Source of the DNA: an uncultured virus (IMG/VR IMGVR_UViG_3300042564_002063)
Lineage: Duplodnaviria; Heunggongvirae; Uroviricota; Caudoviricetes
IMG/VR virus record: IMGVR_UViG_3300042564_002063
DNA: 64,000 nt
Strand: one strand, 5' to 3'
This document shows positions 58,483 through 64,000 of this stretch, piece after piece. Below the pieces are notes generated by a model. That model made no database searches. It saw nothing but the letters and a program-made list of their open reading frames with translations, and was not told the DNA's origin. Both the position numbers and the translations under genes were made by a program. Numbering within the stretch: position 1 is the stretch's first letter; the number at the start of each line of letters is the position of its first letter.

Positions 58483-58931
58483 TAAACATCAGCCGCCTGA
58501 TTTTCTGATCTACGAACAACTAACTTGTAATACTCAACATTTCCAAATGGACCAGCAAATGGCTCATTCGTGGCTACCTCAAAAATAGTAGACTTGCCAG
58601 CTCTTGGTCCAGATGTTTCAACATATAGAGGATTACAATTCTTATCCCGAATGTTTGTTATGATTACATTTGTAATGGCGTTACCTGCGTCACGACTAGA
58701 GAATCTAATATCATCTTTTACTCTTCCCATTAGAATGCCATCTTGGGTAATATTTATATTTGGCTTGACTTCTTCTTTCCACGCTGTCCCAGCTGGAGCC
58801 AAACTACAGGCAATTGTTCTGTCTAGAACCCAGGTCTTTATAACGTTTCCAAGAGCACCTTGTTCAACTATTGGGTGATAAACATCTGCTTCCATTGGGA
58901 ATATGAAATCTGTCTTGTCCCCACACGCCAT
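58482..58931 (-). CDS. head closure/stopper protein (putative)
   Basis: Position, size and beta-rich pattern. Confidence 0.6.
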   Translation of the reverse strand: MACGDKTDFIFPMEADVYHPIVEQGALGNVIKTWVLDRTIACSLAPAGTAWKEEVKPNINITQDGILMGRVKDDIRFSSRDAGNAITNVIITNIRDKNCNPLYVETSGPRAGKSTIFEVATNEPFAGPFGNVEYYKLVVRRSENQAADV

Positions 58932-59812
58932 TATAAGACTCCTATTGTCCGAATCGGCCTCATGTATTTGGACAGAATCTTATCTACAATGATGTTTCCA
59001 GTGCCATCAAAGACACCAGAATCAAACTTAATCTTAAACTGATCGGTATTGTAGTCTGCAATATAACGCTTGTAGTAATCAAGCTTTCCGCATGAAATAT
59101 CGTCAACCAGCATTTCGGTCGCACGAACCACATCTGATGGTATTTTCTTATACCCTATTTCTAGTACGGCAGAGTAGTCGAAGCCTCTGGGAAATCCACG
59201 ATATACGAAATTTAGATCTAGCATATCTGATCCAGCAGCTGGCAAAAGGATCGGTGCACCTTCATTTCTGTTAAAGGTGTCTGAGTAAAGTTCTTTAATT
59301 GCAAACTTGTCTTTGGTTAGTCCATACTGAATGGTGTATAGCTCTGGCTCTGAGATATCAAAAACTAATGTGTTGTTCTCATAAAGCTTTAGTAGCTTGT
59401 TTGCATTTGTCCAAATTGGAAGGTAGTCAGCACCTAGTCCAGTTGTGGAGTAATACTTCTTCTTGTAATAAAAACCGTCATTTACGATAGAGTCAATAAT
59501 TGCTCTAGCAATTTCTTCATTTTTCCTATATTCCGCAATCTCTGTGGCGGTGGTTCCCTTAGTGGTTGGATCTACATATGGCCTAACCACGGAAACATTT
59601 TCTGTAGAATCATCTACAGTTATTTCATAATCTCCGTCAACAGTGCTAGGAAGATCTATGTATGCTGTCTGTCCAGCTGAAGTTATCTCAACAACTCCAG
59701 TGGATACTGAGTGGTCCGCCAAGTCTAGGATAGAATACTCATACTCTACCCCAACGTCCAATCCAGTAACTGGATAGGTAACACTACTTGACGGAACCCT
59801 CAATATTTCCAT
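58931..59812 (-). CDS. head-tail adaptor protein
   Basis: GY..IPSDVVRATEML...TGNIIVDKILSKY. Confidence 0.7.
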   Translation of the reverse strand: MEILRVPSSSVTYPVTGLDVGVEYEYSILDLADHSVSTGVVEITSAGQTAYIDLPSTVDGDYEITVDDSTENVSVVRPYVDPTTKGTTATEIAEYRKNEEIARAIIDSIVNDGFYYKKKYYSTTGLGADYLPIWTNANKLLKLYENNTLVFDISEPELYTIQYGLTKDKFAIKELYSDTFNRNEGAPILLPAAGSDMLDLNFVYRGFPRGFDYSAVLEIGYKKIPSDVVRATEMLVDDISCGKLDYYKRYIADYNTDQFKIKFDSGVFDGTGNIIVDKILSKYMRPIRTIGVL

Positions 59813-59813
59813 T

Positions 59814-60338
59814 TTACTTGCCAAACTCCTGAGCAACCTCTTCTGGTGTTGCTAGTCGAATGTGACCCCTTGTAAGCCACTGGTCAGCCTGTTCCTTGGT
59901 TACGATGTTGTAGCCACGGTATACCTTGCCAACTCCAGGCCAAGAAACATTCTTGCTTGAGTGGACGGCAACCTTTTCAGGCTTTGCCTCTTCATTCTGC
60001 GTCTTAACAGATGGCTTACGCTTAACGGTTCCAGTGCCAATAACACCGTTAGCAACTCCAGTTAGGCCTGATGCAAGATCGGAAGGCTTTGCCTTATTTT
60101 GTGATGCAGAAGAGATGACCTTTGTGTCCTCTACTTCTTCAACAACAGAAACCTTTGCAGCTAGGTTAAATTTTTCAACAACCTCTTCAACCTTTGTCTC
60201 TGGTACTTCTTCTACTACAGATTCTGTAGCAATCTCTTCTACAAGTGCCTTAAATTCCTCAACTTTTTCTGCTGGGATTACAGCCTCACCATCAGCCAAT
60301 ACTGCTGGGATGACATCATTTGCATTTTCTTCTGACAT
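59814..60338 (-). CDS. head-module protein downstream of the capsid gene
   Basis: Acidic N-half; C-terminal RGYNIVT..AD.WL...IRLATPEEVA. Confidence 0.7.
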   Translation of the reverse strand: MSEENANDVIPAVLADGEAVIPAEKVEEFKALVEEIATESVVEEVPETKVEEVVEKFNLAAKVSVVEEVEDTKVISSASQNKAKPSDLASGLTGVANGVIGTGTVKRKPSVKTQNEEAKPEKVAVHSSKNVSWPGVGKVYRGYNIVTKEQADQWLTRGHIRLATPEEVAQEFGK

Positions 60339-60382
60339 AATTCCTCCTGTCGTTATTCAATTAATTATAACAGATTAAATGG

Positions 60383-60417
60383 TAAGAGGGCAGGAGCTAG
60401 ATGCCCCTGCCCCCTCA
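60383..60417 (-). terminator. terminator after the major capsid gene
   Basis: GGGCAGGGGC-loop-GCTCCTGCCC then TCTT. Confidence 0.65.
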
Positions 60418-60435
60418 AAGGTTTGCTACAGATTT

Positions 60436-61566
60436 TTAGCTATCTGAAGCAGCGTCAGCGAACGCAATAGCGTCCTCTTCCTCCCACTGTACACCAAAGC
60501 GTACGAATACAGTATATTCTACTGTGTCCTTCTTTGGCTTGTACTCACGGTTTACGGTGATGTCCCTCTGGAATCCCCATACACGGTTCTGTGGGAATGT
60601 GAGGTCAACGTAGCCATCTGGGTAGTAAGGAACTTCCTGTACGTCGATGCCTAGAACACGGGTAGTGCGAGCACCACCGAATGTCTGACCAGCTCCGTCT
60701 AGGTAAGCCTGGGTGTTAGCCTGGGTGTTACCGTTCTTGCCAAGAGCCTCGGCAATTGCATCGGATAGTGTACCGTTGTTCTTAACGATACCCTGGAATG
60801 CGTCAGTACCTGCGTAGAACTTCAAGTTAGACTTGATTGCACGGTACTTACGTGGCATTGCCAAGATGATCTGCTGCATTACTTCTGGAGTCCATGCGTT
60901 GTCAGCTACTGTTACTAGTGCCTCGTGTGCATCTCCATTGGTCGTTACACGGTTAACAAAACCTTCCATAATGTTAAGGAATGCGTTGCTACCAGTGCCA
61001 GTACCATTGATTGCTAGGTCTTCGATGTCATTTGCAAAAGCGTTTGTCATCAAACGAACTAGGTGGTCCTCAAGAGCAGCACCTTCGATGCCATCTTCTA
61101 GAGCCTCAGCTGAGACCTCCCAGTCAAGACGGATCTTCTTGGTTGTTAGCTCTACCTTTGAGAACTGAGCACCAGTGTTTTCGTAGTTACCGATTGCCTG
61201 TGCAGCAGCACGGATAACCCTCTCTCCAACATTGACCTTCTCGAGTTCCATTGTGTTGGCTCGCATAGTTACACGACGACCATCCTTGGCGAGTACAGTT
61301 GCATCCCATACGTAGTCAATAAAACGACGTGCCTGTTCAGGGCGTAGAATACCACTGCCTGCATCACCCGAAGGATTTACAGCATTTGGTCCAGTTGTTA
61401 GACCATATTCAGCGTTTGGAATGTTACCTAGTGTGTTTAGACCTGGGTCTGATACACCACCAATGCCACCAGATGCGAAAGCACCCTGACCTTGATATAG
61501 ACCAGGAGCAGTGCCACCTAGTTCACCAGATTCTCCTGGCTGATTTTTAATAATCTCTTCCGACAT
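60436..61566 (-). CDS. major capsid protein (HK97 fold)
   Basis: GILRPEQARRFID, EALEDGIEG, DIEDLAINGTG; follows the protease gene. Confidence 0.92.
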   Translation of the reverse strand: MSEEIIKNQPGESGELGGTAPGLYQGQGAFASGGIGGVSDPGLNTLGNIPNAEYGLTTGPNAVNPSGDAGSGILRPEQARRFIDYVWDATVLAKDGRRVTMRANTMELEKVNVGERVIRAAAQAIGNYENTGAQFSKVELTTKKIRLDWEVSAEALEDGIEGAALEDHLVRLMTNAFANDIEDLAINGTGTGSNAFLNIMEGFVNRVTTNGDAHEALVTVADNAWTPEVMQQIILAMPRKYRAIKSNLKFYAGTDAFQGIVKNNGTLSDAIAEALGKNGNTQANTQAYLDGAGQTFGGARTTRVLGIDVQEVPYYPDGYVDLTFPQNRVWGFQRDITVNREYKPKKDTVEYTVFVRFGVQWEEEDAIAFADAASDS

Positions 61567-61592
61567 ATTGTCACCTCCTAAGTGATTGTTAC

Positions 61593-62945
61593 TTAATTAA
61601 ATAAGTCGGCAGTTTTGAGGAAACGTCCGCCCCATAGGGATTTTTCAACCTTTTCTGGTTGTTCCTGTACAATCTCTCCGAGATCGCCAGACTTACGGAA
61701 AGCGGTGTCAGCCTCTACAGCGTCTACCCTCTTTCCAAAATTATCAAACTCTGATGCTGCCTGTGCTAGCTCACCCTTTACAGATGTAAGCTCGCCCTTT
61801 ACAACACCTAGAGACTTGTTTAGCTCAGATACCTGCTCGTGTAGAGACTTTACGGTATCTGCTAGATCGCTAAAGGCTGATGTTAGAGTATTCTTGATGT
61901 CAGCTACTGCGTCAACAATAACATCATCTGACTTCGATACCTCTTCTTCAGCAGACTTGTCCACGTCTTCAGACTTCATTGCTTCGTCTTTATCCATGTC
62001 ATCAGACTTCTTCTCTTCATCCATAGACTTCTCGTCCATAGACTTTTCCTCGTCCATGGACTTTTCGTCCATAGTCTTGTCTTCGGAATAGCCCTTCTCT
62101 ACTGCTTCGGCATCTGCCTCTGGAGCGACCTGTGTTTCTTCAACTACGTCGTCGTTTTTTACGACATCTTCAGTTGCTTCGTTCATAGGACTTGCCTCCT
62201 TCGTCATCTTAGAAAGATTAATGCCTTTAGCACTATCAACTAAGAACTTTATCATTTCTGTTTTTTCGTCATCATTCTTTTCAACGAAACCTATGTTCTT
62301 CATCTGGCTGCCATTAATTGGACTTACCTCTGCGTCTAAGTCAGATACCTTTACGATACCGCTTTCGCTATCCCAGAAGACATTTTCGAATTCTACATCT
62401 AGGTTGTCACCCTTGATCATATCTACACCGTCTACTTTCTCTACAGACAAAATATTTGCAAACTGGTTGGCTGGATTATCTACAAGAGATAGCTCTACCA
62501 AGTCATAATCTTTGATAATCCTGATTGACTTATCCATCTTCTCGTCATAAGCGTCATCCCACTTATTCATTCGGCCACCGATAGAAAAACCAGAAAGGGT
62601 TCCATCTAGAACCTTCTCCCAGGTATCCTGAGCACCCTTTGAAACATAGGCAGAAACGTAAACACCAGAGAAGAATTTCTTCGACTCTGGATCAAAATAC
62701 TTGTCTTCCTTAAAGGAAACCATTTTGCCAACAGATAGTGGCTGGTGCATTTCACGAATGTTGCCACGGAACTTTGCGAATGCCTTTAGAGATGCATCGG
62801 TAGTAACGATATCTGACTGCTTGTCAACGTTATCAAGTGTGGCAAATCCTGAGACAATACGTCTCTCTGAATCGACCTTGCTAAAAGGCATCGAGAGTCG
62901 AACATTCTCACCCTCGGTGTCCCAGTGAACCTTTGATATAGTCAT
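61593..62945 (-). CDS. prohead protease fused to scaffold
   Basis: VSGFAT..NVDKQSD, REMH, GFSIGG, ELSLVDNPAN; acidic and coiled-coil C-half. Confidence 0.9.
   Translation of the reverse strand: MTISKVHWDTEGENVRLSMPFSKVDSERRIVSGFATLDNVDKQSDIVTTDASLKAFAKFRGNIREMHQPLSVGKMVSFKEDKYFDPESKKFFSGVYVSAYVSKGAQDTWEKVLDGTLSGFSIGGRMNKWDDAYDEKMDKSIRIIKDYDLVELSLVDNPANQFANILSVEKVDGVDMIKGDNLDVEFENVFWDSESGIVKVSDLDAEVSPINGSQMKNIGFVEKNDDEKTEMIKFLVDSAKGINLSKMTKEASPMNEATEDVVKNDDVVEETQVAPEADAEAVEKGYSEDKTMDEKSMDEEKSMDEKSMDEEKKSDDMDKDEAMKSEDVDKSAEEEVSKSDDVIVDAVADIKNTLTSAFSDLADTVKSLHEQVSELNKSLGVVKGELTSVKGELAQAASEFDNFGKRVDAVEADTAFRKSGDLGEIVQEQPEKVEKSLWGGRFLKTADLFN
62000..62085 (-). repeat. (E)EKSMD coding repeats in the scaffold
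   Basis: DKTMDEKSMDEEKSMDEKSMDEEKKS. Confidence 0.85.
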
Positions 62946-63010
62946 ACTACCTTAATTATAATACACGTTTTATGAAATTGTTATAATTGCCAATAAACAA
63001 TTATAACACA

Positions 63011-64000
63011 TTATTCTGAAGAACTACCCTCGCCCTGGGCATTTCGTCCAGAAACTGTTGATGGACTGTCAGAATTATTATTAGTTCTTTCAGTATCACG
63101 CTGCCTGCTCTGTGCCGTATTGGCTCTAGTATCCGCTGCCTGACGAGACGACATTTCAAAAGGCTCGTCGCCGTCTGATCTTTGTGGTAGTCCAAGAACC
63201 TCACGTGCCTCGTTAGGGACCATAATCTGAGTCTTAACGTAACGCTCTAGAATCTGAGACTGAGTAATCTCATCAGTTAGAGTTAGCTCATTAAACTTAA
63301 GCTCTAGGATGTCTGTCTTTTCCTTGATAATTCTGCTGATAAGCTTCTCAATGTTTCTCTGCATTGGTCTAGCTACCTGCTCCTTAAAGGTACGATCCTG
63401 AGATAGCGAAGCTGCAATATTTGACGCATCGCTACCACCTATCTTAGATAGCGGTACCTGGTGAGCAATCAGGATGTCATCACGGTTACGTAGTCGATAC
63501 TCATTAAACGATGCCTCTTGAACTCCATTCTCAATTGGCTTCATCTCGAACTCTACCTTGTTTGTGTCAGAGTCTCCTGGCAAAGGAATGTATAGGGTTC
63601 TGTGCGACTGCCCCTTCAGGTTAGTCTGAAGGAATCTAAACAGCTTGTCCTCTGCATCAGAAGATAGTTTTGCACCCTTAAGTGTTACAACGTAGCGTGG
63701 CACAGCCTTATTGCTAAAGTAGTCAATGTTGTACTGTGATGCTAGCTGATCTCCATGTAGGGAGGATACTGCAGACATGATATCTGGAATACCGTAATAA
63801 GTGTTTAATGGAGAGTACTGCTTAAAGTGAATAATCTCATTTGGTCTTGGATCTCCAGTTATGGGGTTTGCATTCTTTGCCCCAAAGTTTCTAAAGTAAA
63901 CAACCTTTTGACCAATAATCTGAACAAAGCCATCTTTAAGTCTACGAACACGCATAGTTGTAGCTGGAATGTGACCAACGTAACCAATCTCACCACGAAT
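63011..64000 (-). CDS. portal protein (5' end outside the window)
   Basis: EIIHFK...YYGIP, YFSNKAVP, ILIAHQVP, PNEAREVLGLP. Confidence 0.92.
   Translation of the reverse strand: MRGEIGYVGHIPATTMRVRRLKDGFVQIIGQKVVYFRNFGAKNANPITGDPRPNEIIHFKQYSPLNTYYGIPDIMSAVSSLHGDQLASQYNIDYFSNKAVPRYVVTLKGAKLSSDAEDKLFRFLQTNLKGQSHRTLYIPLPGDSDTNKVEFEMKPIENGVQEASFNEYRLRNRDDILIAHQVPLSKIGGSDASNIAASLSQDRTFKEQVARPMQRNIEKLISRIIKEKTDILELKFNELTLTDEITQSQILERYVKTQIMVPNEAREVLGLPQRSDGDEPFEMSSRQAADTRANTAQSRQRDTERTNNNSDSPSTVSGRNAQGEGSSSE

Overview
A ~64 kb, gene-dense segment of a large long-tailed dsDNA phage. WhiB, class Ib nrdH/I/E/F, ThyX and many apparently leaderless genes point to an actinobacterial host, plausibly a low-GC freshwater lineage (inference). 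Read right to left on the minus strand it contains: portal (partial), prohead protease/scaffold, major capsid, head-tail genes, major tail, two paralogous tail chaperones, a 3108-aa tape measure protein (TMP), tail-tip genes, a replication/recombination block (helicase, primase, SSB, DnaE, RecA-like, exonucleases, resolvases), terminase and nrdIEF. The accessory arm (about 1-24 kb) holds surface/secreted proteins, six tRNAs, an M23 endolysin, a CysC-like sulfur cassette, Hsp20, GroES, glycosyltransferases and a 2OG-Fe(II) oxygenase. Most notable observations: (1) the TMP carries two enzyme-like cassettes (DUF3626/ART-like and HNH-like) bracketed by a repeated 'GPKGAGDxVPAMLSPGEAVIPA' module, and a related motif opens a head-module protein; (2) the tail chaperone G/GT pair appears to be made by gene duplication rather than frameshift; (3) two promoter-preceded candidate structured ncRNAs, one tRNA-like and ending in ACCA; (4) two genes that appear to start at ATT under overlapping mini-ORFs; (5) a candidate host-surface remodelling gene set. 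All family calls come from motif recognition by eye; no searches were run.
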